From Diplonema japonicum (Eukaryota > Protista > Euglenozoa: Diplonemea), in the NCBI GenBank assembly GCA_964019335.1, contig OZ025655.1:620001-684000 (forward strand): DNA of 64,000 nucleotides. The letters run 5' to 3'. Positions within the stretch are counted from its first letter, which is position 1, and each line of letters starts with the position of its first letter. The position numbers and the translations under genes were made by a program. A model generated the notes under the pieces. The model had not been told where the DNA came from. It saw nothing but the letters and a program-made list of their open reading frames with translations, and ran no database searches. Of the stretch, positions 33,374 through 43,167 are shown piece by piece.

Positions 33374-33461
33374 CCACTGCCTGGGGTGGATAGTATGGTC
33401 CCCCCCTTCTTCTTTTGGAAGAAAGAAAAAAAAAAAAGAAAACAATAGAATCCTCTCTTTT

Positions 33462-34397
33462 TCAAGGAGGTTTCGGTTTGGGGGTGTCTGCAAGAGGGGG
33501 GTTCTCGGGGCTGGGCTGTAAAGCCGTAGCCGATGAAACAGTCTCTAAAAGGGCTTGGTGCTCGGTGTGGAGTTTTCTGTACTTCCGTCCGAGCTGCTCC
33601 GCTTCCTTGAGTTCGCGTTCGATGGTTTGGTTCTGGTAGCGCAGGTCAACGACATTAGAAGAGAGGGTGAGGTTCTGGTCGTGAAGGCGCGCGATGTCCA
33701 GTTGCAGGCGGTCGTTTTCAGCGAGAAGCCTGTCGAGCTCGAGATGAATTTCGCGTTCTCGTTGCGACAGCTGTTGTTTTTGTCTTTCAAGAGCATCGCC
33801 CTGCCGTGTGATCTCTTGTTTCATCTGCGTCTTCTGCCGGAGCACTTCGTCTTCAAACTGCCTGTAGATTTCTTTTTTGTCGCCTCCACTGTGCTGTGCC
33901 TTCTCTTCTAGAAAGGTGATGAACCCTTCATACTCCGAAATAACTGACTCCATCAACGGGCCATATACCTTCGTCACGCCTGAGAGCATCTGAAAAACCT
34001 GTCGGAAAATATTGAGCCTGTGATAGTGTGTCTCCTTGGGGTCGACTGTGGTCAGGAGACGAAGCTCGGCATCGATATGGGCTTCGATGTCCAGCAGTGC
34101 TTTCGGTTTTGTGTTCAGCCTGCTTTTCACCTTTGGCAGCTGTGTTGAGATGTGTCTTCTATCTCCCGCCTGCATTTGCACGCTGAGGAATGATTTTACT
34201 TTCTGCCTCGTTGCTGCCAACTGCTGCTCGTTGCTTTTCTCCTCGAAGAGACTCGCGCTTTCCACGGTCTTCGGCCTCGTGTGTACTATTCTAATCGGCT
34301 TTTTGACTTCGTGAACCTGCTGGGCATGCATTTCCCTTGCTGGCAAGGCTTCCAACCCTGTCCATTTACTGTCAATTTTGCGCTTCGTTGAAAACAT
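33462..34397 (-). CDS. Coiled-coil protein with TSNAXIP1_N-like domain
   Basis: IEAHIDAELRLL...RLNIFRQVF...YGPLMESVISEYE resembles the translin-associated factor X-interacting N-terminal domain and is followed by a long coiled coil. Confidence 0.6.
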   Translation of the reverse strand: MFSTKRKIDSKWTGLEALPAREMHAQQVHEVKKPIRIVHTRPKTVESASLFEEKSNEQQLAATRQKVKSFLSVQMQAGDRRHISTQLPKVKSRLNTKPKALLDIEAHIDAELRLLTTVDPKETHYHRLNIFRQVFQMLSGVTKVYGPLMESVISEYEGFITFLEEKAQHSGGDKKEIYRQFEDEVLRQKTQMKQEITRQGDALERQKQQLSQREREIHLELDRLLAENDRLQLDIARLHDQNLTLSSNVVDLRYQNQTIERELKEAEQLGRKYRKLHTEHQALLETVSSATALQPSPENPPLADTPKPKPP

Positions 34398-34413
34398 TTT
34401 TTTTTTTTTTAAA

Positions 34414-36085
34414 CCACTAAAGGACCGGGGGTTTTGGCGAAAAAAGTACCAAGGACCGTCTATTTATGAACCCGGGAAAAAAAAAATGCGAGAGTTTAAC
34501 CATAGGAAAGTACACTATACCCTTTAAAAAGCACGTGACCCAGGGGGTAAAAAAAACAGTTTATTTTCCATGCAGGGGGACTTACTTAGTGTTCATACGG
34601 GGTCGGGAGAGGAAATATACGACAAAGTACCGAGCATCGCGAGCGACTTTGCTCAACCCACTCGAGGGCGCTTGGGCGGAGGACAGCCTCCCTCACTTTT
34701 TTTTCTTCTATAGATGTCGATTTTCTTCCAACATTGGGTCCTGGCGGACGCTGAAGCCCTTGAGGATTTTTTTTTCAAGCGTCCCCAGAATTGTCGGGCA
34801 GGGCAACATTGCACGTTTTGCAGGTAAAATTGTTTTTTTTTTTGATTTTTGGCACAGCCTTGAGGTGAATTTCATACTATAGGCAAAGTCGTAGAGATTA
34901 AAGGCAAAATTATAGGCAAAGCCGAAAAGGTTAACACGGGTTTAGTAGCCGTGCCACAAGAGGAACCGGATGCTGTCCGAACTCTGCCGCATGACTCTGT
35001 CATGGCGTGAGATTTGTTTGCTGGCCTCCTTTTTCGTTTTTCTGCCCACTGTCGTCTTCCGGAGTTGAACCGTGCCCACGGGTTGTATTTTTCTGTTGCG
35101 CTGAACCTCCGATAGCATGCATACCCGTACTCAAAAGAGAGCAGAAGAACTGGTAATTAGAATAAAGATTATCCATCGCAACCCAGTGACCACGATGCTC
35201 GAACTGTCGCAGAAGACGTGGTACCGTGTCCTTTGGGTCCCCACCAGGGTAAATTCTAATGTTAAGCGCGCACCCCGACGGAGTACACCTTAAAGCCATA
35301 GCGCTTGCGTTTAGCTGGTTGAAAAACGCTGTGCTTAAGGCGGGAGAAGGAGCGAATCAATGCTCAGCCCTTGACCGGGGGTGGTATGCAGCTTTCTAGC
35401 TGGGGGGAGTCGGGAATGCAGCATCTCTACTTTTGATAGTGTCCCGTTGCCCAGTGAGCCAAAGTGGACACAACAAGAAGATATGGAGAAATGTGGCGCG
35501 GTCCAGGACACGGCCTATGTAAGGCGTTGTAATCTCTTCCTTTGTAGACCAGTAGTCCTTGACGCCCGCCCTGCAGACTTCGTCCATCAAGGCGGGCAGA
35601 ACCCAGACGGCGATCCAGGTGTTCAGTTGTACCACGTCTGCGTCCAATGTGGTGCCCTTGGATGTGGTGCCCTTGGATGTGGCATACACCTTTGAACAGC
35701 TGATAATGGACCTCAGCAAGCTGTTTGTGATAAACAAACTGAAAAGTTGTAGCCTATCCATGTTGCTGTTCGATGTTGCTGGACCCCTGTACCCAAGTCA
35801 TTTCCCAGCGCACACCACCCTCATCTGAGGTGGTGCTGGAGTTGGAAGAAGCTCTTCAGAAGGTTCTCAGAAGCTGCTCTCAAATACCAAGTACGAAAGG
35901 ACACCAAGCAACCCCTTGGGGACGGGTTTTTGTGTTTGTTCTTCGCGCAAAAGGGTATTTCAAATAAAAAAGAATCGCGGAACAATGGGTCTTAGTAAAG
36001 TCCAGGGGCTGTGTGGCACAAAAAGTGTCACATAGAAAAGATAATTTTTCTTAAGGACACATATGTCCTCATGGTCCTTTAGTGG
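34414..36085 (-). mobile_element. Decayed, internally deleted piggyBac-family DNA transposon (1672 bp)
   Basis: Perfect 13-bp TIRs CCACTAAAGGACC (34414-34426) and GGTCCTTTAGTGG (36073-36085), flanked by TAAA (left) and TTAA (right), with internal transposase fragments. Confidence 0.85.
35000..35761 (-). pseudogene. piggyBac (DDE_Tnp_1_7-like) transposase pseudogene
   Basis: Fragments in different frames: LFSLFITNSLLRSII..SKVYA, VKDYWST...PYIGRVLDRATFLHIF, TPGQGLSID, FQPAKRKRYGFKVY, SGCALNIRIYPG, VAMDNLYSN. There are frameshifts, a 15-bp tandem duplication (35647-35676), and the C-terminal half is missing. Confidence 0.8.
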
Positions 36086-36317
36086 TTAAATTTTCTTTCT
36101 GTGATCGGGAATAAGAATCGGTGAATGAAAAAAAGGAAGAAGAAGAAGAAAAAAAAAAAAAACATTTGGTACTGGACAGACATGGCATGGAGGGAAGGAA
36201 AATAAAAGTACTTTGTTATTACACAGGAGGGGGAGAAGGCCTTAAAAACGTATTTTTTTTTTGTTTTAAAAAAAAGATAAAAGTGGTGCGGGAAATCATT
36301 CACGCCAAGAGAAAACT

Positions 36318-36349
<32 letters not shown>

Positions 36350-36485
36350 CCAGCTGTGTCACGTCCGTTGCTTCGAGAAAAGGGCATGGGATGCCGAGGA
36401 GAGACCGAATTTCTTCTTCTTTATTTCTCTCCTCTAAGGACAGACAGAAAGGTACTATTGGGTGACTCCGCGGTCAGTGCGACTA

Positions 36486-36523
<38 letters not shown>

Positions 36524-36714
36524 CTTCTTATTCTTCGTTTTCGTTTTCTTCTTCTTCTTTCCATCTATCACCTACCCTCATCACCTCTCAAACAAAACAA
36601 AAGAAATTTCAACAAAAAAGGGGGGAAAGGGGACAGCCAAAAAAAAAAAAAAAAAAAAAAAAAAAATGAGAGTACAAAGAGAGGAACACTTTTATACAAA
36701 ACAACTACACCTCA

Positions 36715-37716
36715 TCACCACAACCGGGTATGAGAAAACGTAGAATTCGGTCGATGAGCACGTGTGAGATTGTGTTGGGATGTAGGAAGGCTCTCGGCGT
36801 TGGTAACGCTATGGGAACAGAAGGTTAAACTGTGGCCGGTAACACCTCTTCTGCCACGAACAGGCTCAGCGAGAGACCGCCCTGCCAAGGCAGAGTGGAC
36901 ATTGTCGGACTGTTGATGATGCAGCTTCTTCCTGGCAAACTGGTACTGCACAGGCTTGTTCCAACACATAGCCGCGGCCGTCCCTTCCCCATGCGGGGCG
37001 TACAACCTCTTCTTCGCCACGTACAAAGGAAGGTCTTCTCGCGACATGGGCTCGCAGCTGCTGCTGCGTGTCATGTTTCTCGTCACTGCAGGTGCATGGT
37101 GTTGTCTAGAGACTGTGAAGTGCTGCGAGTTCACCCCCAGCTGCACACCACCCCTGCCTTGCCTCCGTCCGGTATTCTCCCCCGCCAGGACACCCCCACT
37201 CACAGAGATGTTCGACACCGTTTTCATCGGCGACGCGCTCTTCTGCTTGTGCTGGATCTCCTGCGACGGCCCTGGGGGACAGCTGCGTGACCTGCACTGC
37301 ACTTTTACCCTAAAATCTGCAGGCGGTTCCGAGAGGTGCGGGATACAGTTGCGAGGCATGATCTGCCGCAGCCCCTTCAATGGGCTTGCCCCCCTCTCCA
37401 TCCTCTCGATGGACCCTACAGGTTGGTCAGTCAGCCTCAACGGCATTTTGTTGATCTGTGCTGTCATGGGTGTCGCCTTTCTGCCTGTTTTCCTTAACGA
37501 TGGCGACCCCGATCCCACCCCGTACGGCGGGGGGCTGTACGCACCAATCGACCCAGTCCGCTTCTTCGACGTCATGAGGTCTGCCTCCCTAGCAGGTGCT
37601 GGCGACACACTCCGTCTTCCAGTCCTTGGTGTGCGCAATTCTGCGCTCGACAGGTCGTTCATCAGAGACGACCTCGGTGCCCTGATTGCCCTGCAGGACC
37701 TCTCCATTTCCATCAT
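36715..37716 (-). CDS. Hypothetical basic, low-complexity protein (333 aa)
   Basis: Long R/S/P-rich ORF on the array strand. Confidence 0.65.
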   Translation of the reverse strand: MMEMERSCRAIRAPRSSLMNDLSSAELRTPRTGRRSVSPAPAREADLMTSKKRTGSIGAYSPPPYGVGSGSPSLRKTGRKATPMTAQINKMPLRLTDQPVGSIERMERGASPLKGLRQIMPRNCIPHLSEPPADFRVKVQCRSRSCPPGPSQEIQHKQKSASPMKTVSNISVSGGVLAGENTGRRQGRGGVQLGVNSQHFTVSRQHHAPAVTRNMTRSSSCEPMSREDLPLYVAKKRLYAPHGEGTAAAMCWNKPVQYQFARKKLHHQQSDNVHSALAGRSLAEPVRGRRGVTGHSLTFCSHSVTNAESLPTSQHNLTRAHRPNSTFSHTRLW

Positions 37717-37798
37717 GGTACTTGTGTTGGGTGGCTGTGTGGTACTCGTAAAGGGAAGACAGCGCAGTGTATAAACTGAACAAATACAAAACTCTAAA

Positions 37799-38993
37799 CT
37801 AGACGTCTTCTATGGTGCCGTACTCTCCTATCACCTGGTTGAGGAACGAGGCCAGTTCCGTCTGCGGCATGGCAGCAGGAGGTGTGGCCGTGGCCAAGGG
37901 AGCTAGTCTGCACCCATCTGCATGTGTTTTAATTTCCTCGAGCCTGGTGACAAGTTGGTTGCTCCTTCTAAGTGCTGCTGTCGTGTCAGTTCTCAGCTCC
38001 GCTTCCGTCTCCCCGCAAACTGTGATCAGCCCTGCAGCAGCCGAGCCTATCTCACTGGCTTGCGACGACAACGCGATCCGCTTACTGGTGCTTATTTCAT
38101 CGGCATTTTTAAGCAGCTCTTCCTTCCGTTCCTTTAACGCAATCAGCACGTTTGCCTCGGCAGTCATGAAAGCCTTCTCGATGTCCTTCTCCGCCATCAC
38201 TGACAAAGCGTCTACCGCCGCGAGCTGGACCTGTGCCGTGGGCTTACTATTATCATGCGTGCCATACCTGTATGTCCCGCGCGGCTTCCTGCAAACCACC
38301 TAACAGATCGCCTCGCATGTCTTTAATAAATAACTTCAGTTTATTAGACGCCTCCTCGGCAGCGGTCTCCAGGGGGATCACTGTGCATGTTGCGTGCGAC
38401 CCATTGAAGGGGACAGAGCAGCAATCTCTACAAACAACAATGTCGCACGTTTGGCAGTACAACACGATCTCTTGGCCTGCGTGCTCTGTGCAGCGGGACT
38501 GTTTGTGGACAGGCCGTTCTGTGGCCCGTACAGCACGATGCCGCCTGCCCACCTTGGAGGCGTGCATGGACGTGAAATGTGTTTTACAAAAGTACGCGTC
38601 ACAGTTGTCGCACCACATCTCAGCAGGGATGTCTTTGCGTTCGCATTCCTCGCAGTTCGGCACCTTCAATACGTCTTCCGATCTGTTCAGCCTGGCGATG
38701 AGCACAGTGTTGGCAGGCAGCGCGCTTGCACCAGCTGAACCCACAGGTGTGGACCCGCACCCCCTGGGACACGCAACGCTGTCAACGTCTATGCCGAAGG
38801 AGGAAAGAGTTTGCGTGGTGCCTTCACGCGCGTACCCTGCGATGCATTCATGGCAATATGTGTGCGTGCAAGGCAGCAGCCGTGGCATGGAATTGCCCGA
38901 CGAGCTGAACGGCAGCCCACATGTATCACACTCAAGGACAGGACCAGTTTTTCTGATCTTCTTGACAAACAGCCCGACGTCGCTGCTCGCCAT
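37799..38993 (-). CDS. TRIM/RBCC-like protein: RING, two B-boxes, coiled coil (385 aa; intron 38231-38267)
   Basis: RING CDTC...PRLLPCTHTYCHEC...VACP; B-box1 CEEC...MWCDNCDAYFCKTH..MH; B-box2 CTEH...LYCQTCDIVVCRDC...H. A 37-nt GTATGG..ACAG intron joins the coiled-coil exon. Confidence 0.85.
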
Positions 38994-39106
38994 GTGGCCC
39001 TCCAGCTCCTGGAATGTCTTTTTTTGCAAACAAACAAGAAAAAAAATAAGATAGTAGAATGAATGAAAACACACTTTTAACACACATCCCTTTCCTTGTT
39101 CCCGCA

Positions 39107-39586
39107 TCAGCTGGAGAAAGTGGAGTCTTTCCGAAGCTCCTTGGCGGAGACGATGGAGAGTTGTGCTTCGGTGGGTGTGCTGGATGTGATGGAAACATTC
39201 CCGTCGAAGGGGTCGAACTCCTTCCGCCGTTCATCAAGGGCCGGGCGGAGCTTGCTCTTGCGGTATTCGACTCGATAGTAGTTCGCCAGCCACATGGCAT
39301 TGATCATGACGGCAGCAAAGAGGTAGGCATATAGCCATGTGATCGAATACATGAAGTTAAGCTCCCCTAACTGGTATTTTCTGTTGTTTTCTTCTATCAT
39401 TCTCATAAATTTATTGTATGAATGCTTCATCCTGCTGAACAGGCTCGGGTTCAGCGGTAAAACTGGTTCCGGCCTCACCTTCAAGGAGTTTTTATGCGCG
39501 CTTACTACAAATTTGTGACTCCCCATGTCACCCCTCACAAGCTTCCTCTCCACCGTTTTTTGCACCGGCTTCACTTTGTTACTCAT
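39107..39586 (-). CDS. Hypothetical single-TM protein (159 aa)
   Basis: Hydrophobic stretch FMYSITWLYAYLFAAVMINAMWL; A-rich leader before the ATG. Confidence 0.6.
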   Translation of the reverse strand: MSNKVKPVQKTVERKLVRGDMGSHKFVVSAHKNSLKVRPEPVLPLNPSLFSRMKHSYNKFMRMIEENNRKYQLGELNFMYSITWLYAYLFAAVMINAMWLANYYRVEYRKSKLRPALDERRKEFDPFDGNVSITSSTPTEAQLSIVSAKELRKDSTFSS

Positions 39587-39711
39587 TTTATTTTATTTTT
39601 TGAAAAAATCTTTTTTTTTTTCTGAAAAAAAAGTTTTTTTCTTTCTTTTTTTTTTTACAGAACCATTCACTGAGGAGGAAGAAGAAGGAAAAAAAAGTTG
39701 TTTGTATTCTT

Positions 39712-39921
39712 TTAATTTGGAAATTCCAGGTTTTCTAATTCCTTCAGTACTTTGTTACGTTGTTCTGTGATGGAGTCCACTTCTTCTTGTAGCTCGGCGC
39801 ACTCCGTGTTTTTAAGTTCTATCAATTCATGCAGCTCACCAACCTGAGTTTCTATGGTCCCCGCCTGAAGATGGTCGTAACTGTGAGTGCCGTTAGATTT
39901 TTTTTTAAAAAAAGGAGAAAG

Positions 39922-39954
<33 letters not shown>

Positions 39955-40750
39955 ACCTGTCATCCAGAGCATTGCCCAGCGGCCGGAGGTACCCGGCTTT
40001 CAAATTAGAAATCGTTTTGCTGTAAACAGATGACGCGTGGACAGTACCGGTGGGGGTTAGTTTAAATTTGGAAGTTTGGTCCTAATTGTTTTTTTCTTTC
40101 TTTTTTTTCCCCGCCCCCCCCCTCCACTTTCATACGTCAAAAGCTATATTCTCCTCCTCTACCATAACCTCTACTACCCGGGCTACTTTTTTGTACAATG
40201 GGACCAATTTGGCATCGTTTTGAGGAGAGCTTCCCACGCTGGCCCGTTGTAATATTTCCTGCTGGGATTCAACGAATACTGGGAGCGAGATGGGCTGGTC
40301 GCCTGCACCCGACTGGAAGCAGTGAAGCTGAATACGAGATGTTTTCTGCTTGTACTCCGTGGGTTCATTAAACACCGAGAAGATCAAACCAATAGATATC
40401 CCGTACTGCTGAAGAGTTGACTGTGTACGCAAATCAACGTGCGACGGTGGGCATGTGATCTTTGGATGGGAATGGTACCATCCTGCTACTCTTGTTGGAA
40501 CACCTGTGGCATCTGTCACTCTTTCCGCCTCTTGAGCGGCTTCTATTTGATCCTCTGGGCTTACCTCTACTCTGTCGCTCTGCTTGTCGCTCCTTGGCCG
40601 CACGCACGTTTCCCAAACTAACCCATCGTCGCCAACCTGCCCGCCCAAACAAAACCCGATAATTTCCTCCCCTTCAGTCGTCAGTGCGTGGCCCACGCAG
40701 CTTATCAGCACATTATCGCTAATCAGAACTCGCTTCGGTAGTGTGTGCAT
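39712..40750 (-). CDS. BRCC3: BRCC36-like JAMM/MPN+ K63 deubiquitinase (302 aa; introns 40082-40135, 39881-39956)
   Basis: HALTTEGEEIIGFCLG...RSDKQSDRVEVSPE...GWYHSHPKITCPPSHVDLRTQ. Two GT-AG introns restore the C-terminal helical/coiled-coil region. Confidence 0.85.
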
Positions 40751-40844
40751 TTTTTCCCCCCCTCCCCTCTTGTAGTGTGTGTGTGTTGTGTGGTTTTCCT
40801 GGATTCTTTCAATAGATTTTTTTTTTTTTTTTCGCGCAGGGTTT

Positions 40845-40850
<6 letters not shown>

Positions 40851-40890
<40 letters not shown>
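40851..40890. repeat. (AT)20 microsatellite
   Basis: Perfect dinucleotide run. Confidence 0.95.
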
Positions 40891-40893
<3 letters not shown>

Positions 40894-40957
40894 CCAATAC
40901 TCTAAACACACACAAAAAAAAGGGGGGGATAAAAAAAGAAAACCACATCCCCTCTTT

Positions 40958-41460
40958 CTAAGATGCCCATTTGAGTATGTCCTGCATGCTAGGATCCATT
41001 GCCGTATTTGTCTTTTCCAAATGCTCCACAAGTTCGGTAAGCGGGATGTTTCCCTTAGCTGCGGGTAAATGTTGTATAATTTTTGGGTTCAAAATGGCAT
41101 ACAAAACTCAAGCCCGTACATCATTTGCTCGAGTTCTCTCTCTGACGGCTTTGGATTGGTCTCGGAAAAGACCTTTAGCAAAAGTTGCTCAGGGAGCTGA
41201 CCACTTTCTTTCCCGTCGTAGGCTCTTGCAGCGCTTGTGACTGTATGTTCTGGTTCGCTATAGGGCTTCCGAAGTGCCTCCAAGTACTCCTCTTTCGTCA
41301 CTGTTTCTCCACTCCCGCTCAAGAGGGCATCCAGGTCTGCCTCCTCGTAGAGCCTTCCTATCCCCCTTATGCAGTGCTTTACTGTGTCCTTTGGGAGAAC
41401 CTGCTTCCTCGGAGGACGATCGAATAAATTCCAAGTTTCAGCCCATTCTTCCTCACCCAT
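40958..41460 (-). CDS. Divergent calmodulin/myosin-light-chain-like EF-hand protein (152 aa; intron 41059-41102)
   Basis: EEWAETWNLFD...CIRGIG...ARAYDGKESGQL...SERELEQM shows calmodulin-fold spacing with degenerate loops; 44-nt GTATGC..GCAG intron. Confidence 0.7.
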
Positions 41461-41892
41461 TTGTGTCCTCTTTCTTTTTAAAAAAAAGAATATAATGTTG
41501 CGGTGAGGACAAAAGAAAAAAATCGAAAAGAAGCGAACAAAAAAAAAAAAAATAAAAGAAACAAGAGGGACGGGAAGTTGTCTGGGGTTTTTTTTTTTTT
41601 TTTTTTTTTTTGGAAACAAACAAGAAAAAAAAAGAGAAAAAGAACAAGAGGGGGGGGAAACGAAATGTGAAACAAGACAGAATTCTATCAAAGAACTGAC
41701 ACCTTGCGTTTTTCGCGCTCACCAGTTTGTCACTTCGGCTTCTTAAGTTAAAAGAAAAACGGAAGAAGAACTTCTGTTCTCTTTCTTTCCTTTTTGCACA
41801 CCTCAAAACACCCCCCCCTTTTTTTTGTCCTTACGCACGGGAGAGAAAAAAAAGAGAAACAAGAGTTGACAAGTCTAAACAGCCCCTCTTGG

Positions 41893-41951
<59 letters not shown>

Positions 41952-42106
41952 AGGTGTCAACAATCACACTACTAGTCGCTCACTCAAAGAGGGGGGGAGA
42001 AAATAAAAAAAGAGAAATAAACCTGTCGGCTTGCTTGGGCGCATATGAATTACAACCAAGCACTTAGACTTTGCCATCATAAAATAAAACTGAGAAAAAG
42101 AGAAAT

Positions 42107-43054
42107 TTATTGGTTCATGAGCTTGATAGCCGCCTCCCAAGAAGAGGACTTCTGTGTGGACGCGTCACCGGCACCATGGCCGTACGTGAAGGCGGGGACG
42201 TTGCGGGTCTTGTCGAAGAAAGATGCGAACCAGACCATGTACCCGCCAAGGTTTTGCTTGTTGATTTGCTTGGCCATGTTAAGTGCCTCACCTGCATCGC
42301 TGCCCGCCATGCCACCCAGAACTGCTTGGGTGGGAACATCAACAGTGATGGGGAAGCCCTCCCACTGGTGAGTGGCATTAGCGTAATTCTTAACGTACTG
42401 TAGGGAACTAAGCCCCCCGTACACCATGATGCCCACTGTGTCGATGAGACCTGTCGTCGTCCAGTTGTGTCCTGCGGTCTTGTTCGTCCACCCATTGTTC
42501 ACCATGTAGTTCTCCGCAGCCACCTGGGGGAACCCGTACACAGGCTGTGTCACTATGAAGTCTGGGACAAGCGACTTGAGCTTTCGAACGAAGCTCCCCA
42601 GGTTCTCAGCCACGTTGTCGGTTGATCCTGCTTGGCCTTCGATGTCCAGATCAATGCCGTCTGCTCCGTGCAGTGTCGGCCACTGTGCCACCTTCTCCGC
42701 CATCGCCTCCGCGGCTTCCCTTGTCTCCAACCAGTCCCACATCTTGTTGGAGTACGACTGTCCCCCGACACTGAAGATCACGGGGACTCCAGGCTTGCTG
42801 CACCCATCCTGTCCCTTGCACTTCCCAAAGTTGCTCATTGCAGGCGGGACATCCGGCATCATCTTTGGGTTGATGAACGTCAACCACAACACGTTGCTGC
42901 CGTTAGCTTGGTAAGGGTACATGTGCGGCTGCCAGTTGTCCTTGCTTGTGTAGTTCTGAACCGTGTCGTCTGCGATCAGACAATACATGCCGCCTATCTT
43001 GGCGGGCAGGCCAGCCAGCGACGTCGCGATCAGCGTTGTCAGCAGTGCAGCCAT
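42107..43054 (-). CDS. Secreted glycoside hydrolase family 18 (chitinase/endo-beta-N-acetylglucosaminidase-like)
   Basis: Signal peptide MAALLTTLIATSLAG; FSVGG and the intact catalytic motif ADGIDLDIE (DxxDxDxE); C-terminal GGYMVW. Confidence 0.85.
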   Translation of the reverse strand: MAALLTTLIATSLAGLPAKIGGMYCLIADDTVQNYTSKDNWQPHMYPYQANGSNVLWLTFINPKMMPDVPPAMSNFGKCKGQDGCSKPGVPVIFSVGGQSYSNKMWDWLETREAAEAMAEKVAQWPTLHGADGIDLDIEGQAGSTDNVAENLGSFVRKLKSLVPDFIVTQPVYGFPQVAAENYMVNNGWTNKTAGHNWTTTGLIDTVGIMVYGGLSSLQYVKNYANATHQWEGFPITVDVPTQAVLGGMAGSDAGEALNMAKQINKQNLGGYMVWFASFFDKTRNVPAFTYGHGAGDASTQKSSSWEAAIKLMNQ

Positions 43055-43167
43055 TGTTTTTTGTTTTTTTTTTTTTTTGCGAGTGTGTCTGGTTGCTTTG
43101 TGTCCTAGGTATAGAACGAAAAACGTGAACATTCAAATGCAAGGTACCTCATGTGTAAACAAGAGGA

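Noticed and set aside
33571-33585. Resemblance to the euglenozoan spliced-leader 3' end (TTTCTGTACTT)
   Set aside because: It is a short chance match antisense within a coding exon; the rest of the SL exon is absent.
38253-39586. Fusion of ORF 39107-39586 with the TRIM-like gene, and ORF-track N-terminal extensions of several genes (10557, 32711, 41089, 42107, 52233, 54285, 58796, 62177)
   Set aside because: The extensions translate pyrimidine tracts or poly(A) leaders; starts were reassigned to the first ATG after the acceptor.
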